The translations under genes were made by a program, and so were the position numbers. A stretch of DNA of 63,219 nt, counting the filler, from Chiloscyllium plagiosum (taxonomy: Eukaryota), in assembly GCF_004010195.1 (NCBI RefSeq). It is 5 parts of one record of this genome, joined end to end, with 100 filler letters (N's around TTAATTAATTAA, not from the genome) between each part and the next. Parts side by side here need not be neighbours in the genome. Positions count along the whole stretch, not along the records: positions 1 to 23,004 come from NC_057714.1; positions 23,105 to 37,290 come from NC_057714.1; 3 more parts are not named here. The stretch is one strand, 5' to 3'. The notes beneath the pieces were generated by a model that saw only the letters and a list, made by a program, of their open reading frames with translations, did no database searches and had not been told where the DNA came from. Shown here piece by piece: positions 13,391-24,272 of the stretch. Within the stretch, counting starts at the first letter, position 1, and every line of letters begins with the position of its first letter.

Positions 13391-15069
13391 TAGCAAATTT
13401 TTTCACACAGCTTCATCAAGTTTAATTTAGATAGATAGCCAAAAGCTTGGTCAAAGAGGTAGCAATGAAGTGAAGTGGAAAGGCAAAGTATTTAGATAGA
13501 CAGTCCCAAAGCATAGGGTTTAGGCAGGTAAGGCTTGATCATCAATGACAAGCAATTAAAATTGGGGATATTATAGAGGGTAAAGACATTCCCTTTTACT
13601 TTTTCAACTCTCTCCTGCATAACAACTGTTGAGAATTTGATTTTCCATTCTCTGCTGCTGATCTGCTTAACCATGCCTCATCTTGGCTTTTGCTGCTCTT
13701 GGTTCATTTTAATTGCACTTACAAGCAGATGGTTCATTCTGTTAGCAGTATATGAACAGTCATCAATTTAAATTTGTCACTAAAAGATTGAGGAAAATCT
13801 TTTCATCCCTCCTCTTATCAAAGCCTTTCACAAATAACTTCATAACATTGATAAACCTGTAAGTCTTAACTGCCTCAGTGGAAAGTATCCCAAAACATTG
13901 ACAGCTGAATCTTTTTTGGCTAAATGCGAGTCTTGTCTATTTTGGTGGAGTGATTGTGACCGTGAGGCTAAGCAAGTTACCTCATTTTTCCAAACTCATC
14001 TCATTAATTGCCATGACCGCACTTATGGTGAGAATTATGTTTGATTCTAACCCCATCTTATTACGTGCCATTCCTGAAACAGGTCACCACACACCTGATA
14101 TCCCAGAATTTACTGGCATTCTTGGCACAGGCACCATCTTTAAAAGCCATTACACACCCATAAAAGTGCTGTTTGTCTGGAGATGCCCTGCATGATTATT
14201 GACATTTATTCTGGACAGGGAGAAAGAGGGAACTTGGCACTTTGCAATGCAGACAGGGTCCTGGAGACCCTGATAGATGGGGTACTTTAGCAGTGGAGGC
14301 AATGACAGCTGAGTCCAAGGTTGCTATCCAGGTTAAGGCACACTCAGACATCTGTAGGAATACATAGCACCTCATGAAGAAAGTCAGTGACCTTCTCCAC
14401 TCTTTCAGCATTAGTCCAATCATCTTTTCTCTGAAGCTTCATGCTCCCACTGTCTCTGATACTGGTCTCACCTCCTATCAAGATTCATTCTCTACTATTC
14501 TCACTGTTATCTTCAACATCTTCCCCACTCAGAGCACAGACCCCAAAGCACAACTTACTCAATCAGGATATCTCCCCAGTAGTACCAACTGTATCCCCCA
14601 CATTCATCTGCCTTAATACCTGCATCAACCTCATTCCATGAAGAAAACATCCTGCATTAAGGCAGAAAAAGTTAAGACAAAGAATGTACTGCCTGTCATT
14701 TCACTCCTCACCCCTTTAAGGGGAGGATCTTGACTTTGATTACCCACAGCAGGCCCTCGACAGGTGTTAGAGACTCCCTTTGACTTACCATGCCAGGATC
14801 CTCTGAATGAAGTCTATTCCTCTTGATTTGACTGAGGTATAATGACAATCGTGACCGGTTTCCTGGATTTGAGTTTGCACTAAATGGCACAGAATGTAAT
14901 ATGAGCCTGGACTCACTGGGTGAGGGGGAAAACTGTAAAAAGACAAGGCAAAGTAATGCAAGGCAGAAATGCAGTGAACATTTGCTCAGAGTTGGTGAAT
15001 CTATGAGAAGAAGCAAAGACAATAGTTCAATCTATGAGCTGGCTGTGTGTCCCTGAAAGCACAGTGTCT

Positions 15070-15710
15070 TTGCTGGAATATTGCAATGATAGTGGCTGAT
15101 ACAGCCATAGATAGTGCATTGAAGTACAGAAGTGCCCTTTAAGTTGATCAGAAATATGCCAAGAGGCTTCTTAGAGGTGGCAGATGTTGGATGACAATGT
15201 CCATGGATGTTGTGTGCAAGTGGCCAGTGCCAATAAAGCATGCCCTGAGATGGTAGTGCTCAGAATCCAATGTTGAGTTCATTTGGAGCAAACAGCAAGC
15301 TGAACCTTCCAAAAACCCACTCTGGTTTCCATGTTGCGTTTTCCTGATGGCTAGTTTATTTGCAGAGTTTGGTAAGATTGAGACTAGAATATTAATAAGG
15401 TAAGTTGTGTATTTAACAAGTAATAATGATCACAATCATGCCACCTGAGAAAAACATAAAAGATACTGCGAGATAATCTCAATATTGAGATGGCTATCGC
15501 TGAACATTTGTGGCTGATTCTTTAATTAGGACATCTTAAGTCCCAATAAGATCCTGCCTTCAGTTTGTCTTCATTACCATACCTTTCCAATTTCAGACAT
15601 CATCCTGGTGAATATATACCTTTCTTGTCTTATAAGACTGCACACACTGCCCAGCCTGATGCATAATTGTTTAAGTTGTATTCCATATTTCTACTTATTA
15701 AATCTAAATT
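15070..15710 (+). repeat. Left arm (putative donor) of a ~640-bp inverted duplication
   Basis: Near-exact reverse complement of 17002-17638; ORFs 15032..15241(-) and 17471..17653(+) share their first ~40 codons. Confidence 0.95.
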
Positions 15711-15929
15711 GGCTTTGCACTTCTTATGGCCTTAAATTTCTTCTTAAATAACATCTCCACATGTGGTTAATTCAGAATTCAAGCTTGCTAATTGTATATC
15801 AAGAGAAACCTATTTAGCCTAACTTGTTTTCTCTTTCCATGGATCTTTGTATTTATGTTGCAAATCATCATATGTTGAATTTTTCTAACTAATGTTATCA
15901 ACGGAATGTAGCTCTTACTTTCTTTTCTT

Positions 15930-16287
15930 CATTTATTCTCGGGATGAGAGTAATGCTGGCTAGGCCAGCATTTATTACCCATCCTTAATTGCCAGAGGGC
16001 AGTTAAGAGTTGACCACATTGCTACATGTCCAGAGTCACATGCTGACCAAACCAGGAAATGAGAGCAATTTCCTTCCCTAAAGGGTGTGAGTGAACCAGA
16101 TGGGTTATTCCAACAATTGGTAACAGATTCATCATCATAATTATATTCTTAATTCTAGATTTTTCTTCCCTCATTGAATTCAAATTCCACTATTTGCTGT
16201 GGCAGGATTTGAACCCATCCCCAGAGCAATACGTGAGCCTCTAGATTAACAGTGCAGTAATAATGCCACTAAGTGATTACCTCCCTA
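15930..16287 (-). mobile_element. tRNA-derived SINE (family of 60788-61117)
   Basis: Near full length; B-box seen as GGATTTGAACCC near 16205. Confidence 0.75.
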
Positions 16288-16938
16288 TCATGGTTGATGG
16301 CTGTTTCAATTCAACTTATCCACACTGTCCCTGTAACCCTTGCGGCATACCATCTTATGGTTCCAGGCTGACTGAGTCTCTTGTTCTGAGGTTATCCTTC
16401 TGTTTTTGGTTTTCTTTCCTGCATGCCAACCTATAAACATCATTGCTTATCAGTCCTTGCCTGCCATTACGTCCTGTGCATGATCAGAAGCGTATTGAAC
16501 TAATTAGCTTGCCAATACACGAACAGTACATAAGTAATCTCAGATTGTTTAGGTCACGTGTGTCTAGTTCTTGATTGTCTTTGTTTAAGTATAATAGCCA
16601 CCCTGGTAATATTACTTCCTACTATCTCCTCACTTCTTGCTTTAAATGTCAATAATAATCCAACCTTAGTTTACTAACTTCAAATATCTCTAACAAAATA
16701 ATGTGGCACTAGAGAAGCAATTACATAATTTGTTTGAGAGTATATAGTTTCACCCCCTTGTGATGTAATATTGTTCCAAATGTCCCAACTGATACATCTA
16801 AGCATTCTGGACAGTTATGTAACTCCACATAACTGTTGATGTCTGGAGCAAGTTAATTAAAATTACTTTCAAAAGATCATGTTGTTTTCTTTTACTCTTC
16901 AAAGGAGCTTAAGGTCATATGAACAAACCTCATCACTT

Positions 16939-17684
16939 GCAGGTCAGGCAGCATCCAAGAAACAGGAGAATCGACGTTTCGGGCATAAGCCCGTCTTCAG
17001 GAATTTAGATTTAATAAGTAGAAATATGGAATACAACTTAAACAATTATGCATCAGGCTGGGCAGTGTGTGCAGTCTTATAAGACAAGAAAGGCATATAT
17101 TCACCAGGATGATGTCTGAAATTGGAAAGGTATGGTAATGAAGACAAACTGAAGGCAGGATCTTATTGGGACTTAAGATGTCTTAATTATAGAATCAGCC
17201 ACAAATGTTCGGCGATAGCCATCTCAATATTGAGATTATCTCGCAGTATCTTTTATGTTTTTCTCAGGTGGCATGATTGTGATCATTATTACTTGTTAAA
17301 AACACAACTTACCTTATTAATATTCTAGTCTCAATCTTACCAAACTCTGCAAATAAACGAGCCATCAGGAAAACGCAACATGGAAACCAGAGTGGGTTTT
17401 TGGAAGGTTCAGCTTGCTGTTTGCTCCAAATGAACTCAACATTGGACTCTGAGCACTACCATCTCAGGGCATGCTTTATTGGCACTGGCCACTTGCACAC
17501 AACATCCATGGACATTGGCATCCAACATGTGCCACCTCTAAGAAGCCTCTTGGCATATTTCTGATCAACTTAAAGGGCACTTCTGTACTTCAATGCACTA
17601 TGGCTGTATCAGCCACTACCATTGCAATATTCCAGCAACATTTTCAGCTCTGATCTCCAGCATCTGCAGTCCTCACTTTCTCCT
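16939..17684. mobile_element. Composite Penelope-like insertion carrying an inverted copy of 15070-15710
   Basis: Inverted PLE terminus 16939-17004, captured segment 17002-17638, forward PLE terminus ~17631-17684; flanked by CAAACCTCATCACTT (16924-16938) and CAAAACTCATCACTT (17685-17699). Confidence 0.85.
16969..17004 (-). ncRNA. Minimal type-I hammerhead ribozyme in PLE terminus
   Basis: Minus strand ATTC-CTGAAGA-C-GGGC-TTAT-GCCC-GAAA-CG-TC-GATT: CUGANGA core, stem II, GAAA, palindromic ACGU, GUC site. Confidence 0.7.
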
Positions 17685-18134
17685 CAAAACTCATCACTTC
17701 TCAATATATGTTAGTTCTGAGATTACAAAGAATCATTACAAGGTAATGCAAATCAAAACTCAAACTAGCCATATGAAAACTAATAGTCATATAACTAAAC
17801 CAGTTTAAAACATGGCTGTGTCCTTGAGTAAAGGTTATTTTTTAACCTCATAGCATTATTAAATTTGTTATTATGAGTTTACATTAGTTTGGGCCATAAA
17901 AAAGCATCCAAAAATCCTAAACTAATACTTTACTTTTGACATGAGCCTTATGGCTATTCTTTCTCATATCAAGTGTTCTAATTCTAAAAACAATCAAAGA
18001 GAACATAATTTAATTCTTCGTTTTAAATAGGTCAAAATTATTGAAATATAACTGAATCCTACACACTTAACCCCTCCTTAACAAAATGTTTTACCCACAC
18101 AGTCACATGTAGACCATAAAAATGAAAGAAATTG

Positions 18135-18430
18135 GCATGGCATGATGGCTCAGTGGGCAGCACTGCTGCCTCACAGCACCAGGGTCCCAGGTTTGACTCC
18201 AGCCTTGGGTGATAGTCTGTGTGGAGCTTGCACTTTCTCCCTGTGTCTGTGTGGGCTTCCTCCCACAGTCTAGAGCTGTGCAGGTCAGGTGAATTGGCCT
18301 TGCTAAATTGCCCATAGTATTAGCTATGTTAGTCAGAGGGAAATGGATCTGGGTGGGTTACTCTTCGGAAGGTTGGGGTGGACTTGTTCGGTCAAAGGGC
18401 CTGTTTCCACGCTGTAGGGAATCTAATATG
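18135..18430 (+). mobile_element. HE1-type V-SINE
   Basis: tRNA head, V-domain TGTGTGGAGCTTGCACTTTCTCCCTGTGTCTG, CR1-like tail. Confidence 0.85.
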
Positions 18431-20638
18431 ATCTGGTCAATGAGTCATTGTAAAAAAAAATTTAGCACATTCTTTATTTTAATGCATGCCTAATTTTTTT
18501 TGGTTGAGTTAATACTTTGGCAGTAGCAAACAACTGGATACTATAAGGCATTATGACTCCAGCTGATCTTATTACTGGACATGTCAGAGCTCAGACTGAA
18601 CTCTGGCTTGCGGGATCATAGATAGTTTATTTTGGTTTAAATGAGGTGAACTCTCAGTGAAAGAGTGCTTGAAAAGATTTACTTTTAACAATAAAATAAA
18701 AGTTCATTTTGAAAGAAAATAACTGAAGATAGAATAGAATAAGCTAAATATTTTACTTCTAACACAAATTTAAAGATTTTAAAACATACTGTATCAGATA
18801 TAACCCCATCAATCCAAAAAAGCTCTCCTCAACAAATCCCAAAAGCATCCAATGTACAGTTCTTTACCAGAGGACAAAAATGACATTCTCTAACACTTTG
18901 TTAAGTTTAACTTAACTTGTAACTTTGACCCCCAGTCAGGAAAATCTGACCACTCTTCCTGGATCTTTCAGTTTAAAGGTTCTAAACTTCAAATAACCTC
19001 CTCAGAGTTTTATTCAAATGCTTCTGGACAGAAACTATTGTAATTACTAAACTCCTTATTTTGAGTAATCTGTTATCTATCTTCTCCCTTTCTCAGGAGT
19101 AATGCTTAATATGTTTGTCTTCATCCAAGGACTTAGACCATAAGACATTAGCCCATTGAATCTGCTCTGTCATTCAATCATGGCTGATAAATTTCTCATC
19201 CCCATTCTCTTGCATTCTCTCCATAACCCTTGATCCCTTTGATAATCAAGAATCTATCTATTGCAGTCTTAAATATACTCAATGACCTGGCCTCCACACC
19301 CTTCTGTGACAATGAATTCCATAGATTCCCCACTCTCTGGCTGGAGAAGTTTCTCCTTATCCCCATTCTAAAAGGTCTTCCCTTTACTCTGAGGCTATGC
19401 CTTTGGGTACTGGTCTCTCCTACCAATGGAAACATCTTCGTAATATCTAACTCTATCCAGGCCTTTCAGTATTCTGTATGCTTCAATTAAATGCTCCCTC
19501 ATCCTTCTAAATTCCAATGAGTATAAACCCAGACTCCTCAAACATTCCTCATATTAAGCTTTTCATTCCTGGGACCATTCTCGTGAACCTCCTCTGAACA
19601 TGCTCCAGGGCCAGTACATCCCCCCTGAGATATGGAGCCCAAAACTGCACACAATACTTCAAATGTGGTCTGACTAGAGCCTTATAGAGCTTCAGAAGTA
19701 CGTCTCTGCTTTTATATTCAAGTCCTCTCAAAATAAATGCCATAGTTGCATTTGCCTTCCTAACTACTGACTCAACCTGCAAGTTTACCTTGAGAATCCT
19801 GGATGGGAACACTGCATTTCAGACTTTTGAATTTTTCTCCCCATTTAGAAAACAGTCCATGCCTCTATTCTTCCTACCAAAGTGCATGACCTCACACTTT
19901 TCCACATTGTGCTCCATCTACTACTTCTTTGCCCAGTCTCCTCACCTGTCCAAATCCTTCTGCAGTCTCCTCGCCTCCTCAATGCTACCTTCCCTCTATC
20001 TATCTTTGCATCATCTGCAAACTTAGCCAGAATGCCCTCAATTACTTAATCTAAATCATTAAAGTATAAAGTGAAAAGTTGTGGTCCCAACACTGAGCCG
20101 TGCAGAAAACCACTTGTCACCAGCTACCACCCTGAGAAGGACCCTTTTATTCCCACTCTCTGCTTTCTACCAGACAGCCAAGCTTCTATCAATACTAGCA
20201 CCTTGCCTCTAATACCACAGGCCCTTACCTTACTCAGTAGCCTCATGTGCGGCACCTTGTAAAAGGCCTTCTTAAAGTCCAGGTAGATAACATCCATTGG
20301 CTCTCCTTGGTCTAATCTACTTGTTACTTCCTCAAAGAACTCTGGCAGATTTGTCAGGCATGACTCCCCCTTGATGAAACCATGCTGAGTTTGCCCTATG
20401 TTACCATACAATTCCAAGTATTCAGAAAACTCATCCTTTACAATGGATTCCAGGATTTTGCCCATGACAGAGGTTAGGCTAATTGGTTTGTAATTTTCTG
20501 TCTTTTGTCTTACTCCCTTTTTACACATGGGTGTCCCATGAGGGATTTTCCAATTCGCTGGGACCTTTTCTGATTCTAGTGATTCCTGATTCTAGTGATT
20601 CCTGAATGATCACCACGAACTGCTCCACTATCTATTCA

Positions 20639-20939
20639 TGATTTGGAGATGCCGGTGTTGGACTGGGGTGTACAAAGTTAAAATTCACACAACACCAGGT
20701 TAGAGTCCATGCACATGAAAGAAGTGAAACTATCACTGTATTCTAACAGATGAAAGGCTTAACAGACAATCAATTTTTCAATGTATAATTTCAGTTACAT
20801 CACACTGCAAATTTTTGCTATAAATTCTGTGTTACAATCGAGCCCTCCACAATCACCTGATGAAGGAGCGTCGCTCCGAAAGCTAGTGTGCTTCCAATTA
20901 AACCTGTTGGACTATAACCTGGTGTTGTGTGATTTTTAA
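20639..20939 (+). mobile_element. Non-autonomous Penelope-like element (second family) with inverted head and 13-bp TSD
   Basis: CACTATCTATTCA at 20626-20638 and 20940-20952; GTTAAAATTCACACAACACCAGGTT is inverted to AACCTGGTGTTGTGTGATTTTTAAC; contains a hammerhead core. Confidence 0.85.
20854..20888 (+). ncRNA. Minimal type-I hammerhead ribozyme, intact core
   Basis: CAC-CTGATGA-A-GGAGC-GTC-GCTCC-GAAA-GC-TA-GTG: helix I CAC/GTG, stem II, palindromic AGCU, CUA cleavage triplet. Confidence 0.8.
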
Positions 20940-22029
20940 CACTATCTATTCAGCTATCTCCCTTAGAATTCTGGCATGTGGTCCATCTGGTCCAGGTTAT
21001 TTATCCACCTTCAGGCCGTTCGGTTTTTCTAGCACCTTCTCCTTGATGATGGCCATCATACTCAACTCTGCCCCTCACTCTCTTGAATTTTTGGGGTATT
21101 ACTCATTCCTTCCACTGTGAAGACTGATGCGAAATAATTATTCAGTTTCTCAGTAATTTCCTTGTTCCCCACTACTCTCTCTCTGGCATCATTTTCCAGC
21201 AGCTCAATGTCTACTTTTGTCTCTCTTTCACCTTTTATATATCTAAAGAAACTCTTACAGTCTTCCTTTATATTACTGGTTAATCTTCTCCCTCCTTATT
21301 TTTTTTCGGTTGCCCTTTGTTGGCCTTTGTAAACTTCCCAATCCTCTGGTTTCCCACTGCCCTTCACCACATCATGTGTTTTCCCTTTTGCTTTTATGCT
21401 GTCCCTGACTTCCCTAGTCAGCCATAGTTGCCTCATCCTCCCTGTACCATGCTTCCTTTTCCTCAGGATGAATTATTGCTGTGTCTCCTGAATTACTCCC
21501 AGAAACTGCTGCCATTGCTGTTCCATTGTCTTTCCTGCTCGGCTCCTCCCCCAGTCTGTTCTATCCAGTTCCTCCCTCATGCCTCTATAGTTGCCTTCAT
21601 TCATCTGTAATACATTGCCTCTGATTCTATCTTTTCCCTCTAAAATTGCAGAGTAAATTCAACCATAATATGTTCATTGCCTCCCAAGGGTTCCTTCACT
21701 TTTAGCTCCCTTATCAACTCTGCCTCATTGCACATCACTAAATCCAGAATTGCCTGTTCCCTCGTAGGCTCCACCATAAGCTGCTTCAAAAAGCCATCTT
21801 GGAGACATTCCATAAATTCTTTTCCTTGCAATCCACTACCAGCCTGATTTTTGCAGTCCACCTGCATATTGAAATCACCTATGATCACTGTAGCTTTGCC
21901 TTTCCTACAAATCTTTTCTATCTCCTGGTGTATCTTGCACCCCAGCTCCTGACTACTGTTTGACAATAGACAATAGACAATAGGTGCAGGAGTAGGCCAT
22001 TCAGCCCTTTGATGGCTGATCATTCCGAA

Positions 22030-23004
22030 TCAATATCCTGTTCCTGCCTTATCTCCATAACCCTTGATTCCACTATCTTTGAGAGCTCTATCCAACTCTT
22101 TCTTAAATGAATCCAGAGACTGGGCCTCCACTGCCCTCTGGGGCAGAGCATTCCACACAGCCACCACTCTCTGGGTGAAGAATTTTCTCCTCATCTCTGT
22201 CCTAAATGGTCTACCCCGTATTTTTAAGCTGTGTCCTCTGGTTCGGCACTCACCCATCAGCAGAAACATGTTTCCTGCTGCCAGAGTATCCAATCCTTTC
22301 ATAATCTTATACGTCTCAATCAGATCCCCTCTCAGTCTTCTAAACTCAAGGGTATACAAGCCTAGTTGCTTCAGTGTTTCAGTGTAAGGTAATCCTGCCA
22401 TTTCAGGAATTGACCTCGTGAACCTACGCTGCACTCCCTCAATAGCCAGAATGTCTTTCCTCAAATTTGGAGACCAGAACTGCACACAGTACTCCAGGTG
22501 TGGTCTCACCAGGGCCCTGTACAGCTGCCGAAGCACCTCTTTGCTTCTATACTCAATTCCTCTTGTTATGAAGGCCAGCATGCTATTAGCCTTCTTTACT
22601 ACCTGCTGTACCTGCATGCTTGCCTTCATTGACTGGTGTACAAGAACACCCAGATCTCTCTGTATTTCACCTTTACCTAAATTGATTCCATTGAGGTAGT
22701 AATCTGCCTTCTTGTTCTTGCCACCAAAGTGGATAACTATACATTTATCCACATTAAACTTCATCTGCCATGCATCTGCCCACTCACCTAACTTATCCAG
22801 GTCATCCTGTAATCTCCTAACATCCTCATCACATTTCACCCTGCCACCCAGCTTTGTATCATCAGCAAATTTGCTAATGTTATTGCTGATACCATCTTCT
22901 ATATCATTAACATATATTGTAAAAAACTGCGGTCCCGGCACTGATCCCTGCGGTACCCCACTGGTCACTGCCTGCCATTCCAAAATGGAGCCGTTTATCA
23001 CTAC
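22030..23004 (-). CDS. CR1 ORF2 reverse transcriptase C-terminal part (partial, cut by gap)
   Basis: 323 aa open: SGVPQGSVPGP, KFADDTKL, LYRALVRPHLEYCVQFWSP, RTRGHSLK. Confidence 0.9.
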   Translation of the reverse strand, partial: VVINGSILEWQAVTSGVPQGSVPGPQFFTIYVNDIEDGISNNISKFADDTKLGGRVKCDEDVRRLQDDLDKLGEWADAWQMKFNVDKCIVIHFGGKNKKADYYLNGINLGKGEIQRDLGVLVHQSMKASMQVQQVVKKANSMLAFITRGIEYRSKEVLRQLYRALVRPHLEYCVQFWSPNLRKDILAIEGVQRRFTRSIPEMAGLPYTETLKQLGLYTLEFRRLRGDLIETYKIMKGLDTLAAGNMFLLMGECRTRGHSLKIRGRPFRTEMRRKFFTQRVVAVWNALPQRAVEAQSLDSFKKELDRALKDSGIKGYGDKAGTGY

Positions 23005-23104
23005 NNNNNNNNNNNNNNNNNNNNNNNNNNNNNNNNNNNNNNNNNNNNTTAATTAATTAANNNNNNNNNNNNNNNNNNNNNNNNNNNNNNNNNNNNNNNN
23101 NNNN
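23005..23104. other. Assembly gap with artificial TTAATTAATTAA linker (also 37291-37390, 51687-51786, 57454-57553)
   Basis: Identical 44N + 12 nt + 44N blocks; the 12-mer has stops in all six frames. Confidence 0.97.
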
Positions 23105-23326
23105 TTCTGGCATGATTGGTGTAATAACATCGCTGAAGGTCTTGTCCAGAAAGATCTCGTTCTCTCGAATGAGCCTAAGGTCTTCGAGTTCTTTCGTCAG
23201 CACTGCAATATGCTCGGTCAATTGCTGAATGTGCACACACTTTCCACACATATACGAGCCAGACACACCAGAGTCGTTGACCTCCCACATCAAGCACCTA
23301 GTGCACTGAACCAGCTGGGCAGTCAT
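23105..23326 (-). CDS. CR1 ORF1 N-terminus (zinc finger + leucine zipper), partial
   Basis: VQCTRCLMWE..YMCGKC followed by heptad-like LTEHIAVLTKELEDLRLIRENE; lies between the 5' repeats and ORF2. Confidence 0.8.
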
Positions 23327-23530
23327 GTCTTCACCCTCTTCAACTGTGGCATAATCACTTCACTCAACTCCTTGTCAAAGATTCCTGAGCTGAAGCCTCA
23401 CTCTTCGATCTAAACTTCCTTAGATCCTCTTTTTGTGGCAAGTCTGTGGATTCTTAATTAAGGTTAGAGGAGGAGGGAGGGAGGTAAACCCTACTTTGTA
23501 GGACCTGGAGTTTAGAACACACCCACTCTA

Positions 23531-24272
23531 ATAGCAATCACATACCTTCCCGACCGGCTTTGCGCTCCGTCTGAATGTCCTCCCAGCTCCCGCCGCTCTC
23601 TGCTGTGAAAAGACCATTGGCGTCGAGGTAAGTTCTTTATATAGCAATCACTTACCTTCCCGACCGGCTTTGCGCTCCGCCTGAACTTCCGCCCAGCTCC
23701 TGCTGCTCTCTGCTGCGAAAAGACCCTTGTCGTCGAGGTAAGTTCTTTATATAGCAATCACTTACCTTCCCAACCGGCTTTGCGCTCTGTCTGAACTTCC
23801 GCCCAGCTCCTGCTGCTCTCTGCTGCGAAAAGACCCTTGGCGTCGAGGTAAGTTCTTTATATAGCAATCACTTACCTTCCCGACCGGCTTTGCGCTCCGC
23901 CTGAATGTCCGCCCAGCTCCCGCCGCTCTCTGCTGTGAAAAGACCGTTGGCGTCGAGGTAAGTTCTTTATATAGCAATCACTTACCTTCCCAACCGGCTT
24001 TGCGCTCTGTCTGAACTTCCGCCCAGCTCCTGCTGCTCTCTGCTGCGAAAAGACCCTAGGCGTCGAGGTAAGTTCTTTATATAGCAATCACTTACCTTCC
24101 CGACTGGCCTTTGCGCTCCATCTGAATGTCCGCCCAGCTCCCGCCGCTCTCTGCTGTGAAAAGACCGTTGGTGTTGAGGTAAGTTCTTTATATAGCAATC
24201 ACTTACCTTCCCGACCGGCTTTGCGCTCTGTCTGAACTTCCGCCCAGCTCCTACTGCTCTCTGCTGCGAAAA
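23531..24272 (-). repeat. 110-bp tandem monomers (~6.7 copies) forming the CR1 5' UTR / putative internal promoter
   Basis: ATAGCAATCAC recurs at 23531, 23641, 23751, 23861, 23971, 24081, 24192; CpG-rich. Confidence 0.9.

Larger units (their letters stand above)
21963..24272 (-). mobile_element. Young, probably full-length CR1 LINE spanning an assembly gap
   Basis: (CTATTGT)n 3' tail at 21963-21983, uninterrupted RT C-terminal ORF, ORF1 N-terminus after the gap, 110-bp 5' monomers. Confidence 0.9.

Noticed and set aside
15032..17653. Duplicated small gene MLYWHWPLAHNIHGH..., or TIRs of a large DNA transposon
   Set aside because: The ORFs are a by-product of the inverted duplication and diverge by frameshift; the TSD brackets only the right arm with PLE ends, not both arms.
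23049..23060. TTAATTAATTAA palindrome inside N runs
   Set aside because: Identical artificial linker in all four gaps; not biological.
23531..24272. 110-bp array (and the 24-bp array) as a CRISPR array
   Set aside because: Units are contiguous with no unique spacers, there are no cas genes, and the context is a vertebrate LINE.
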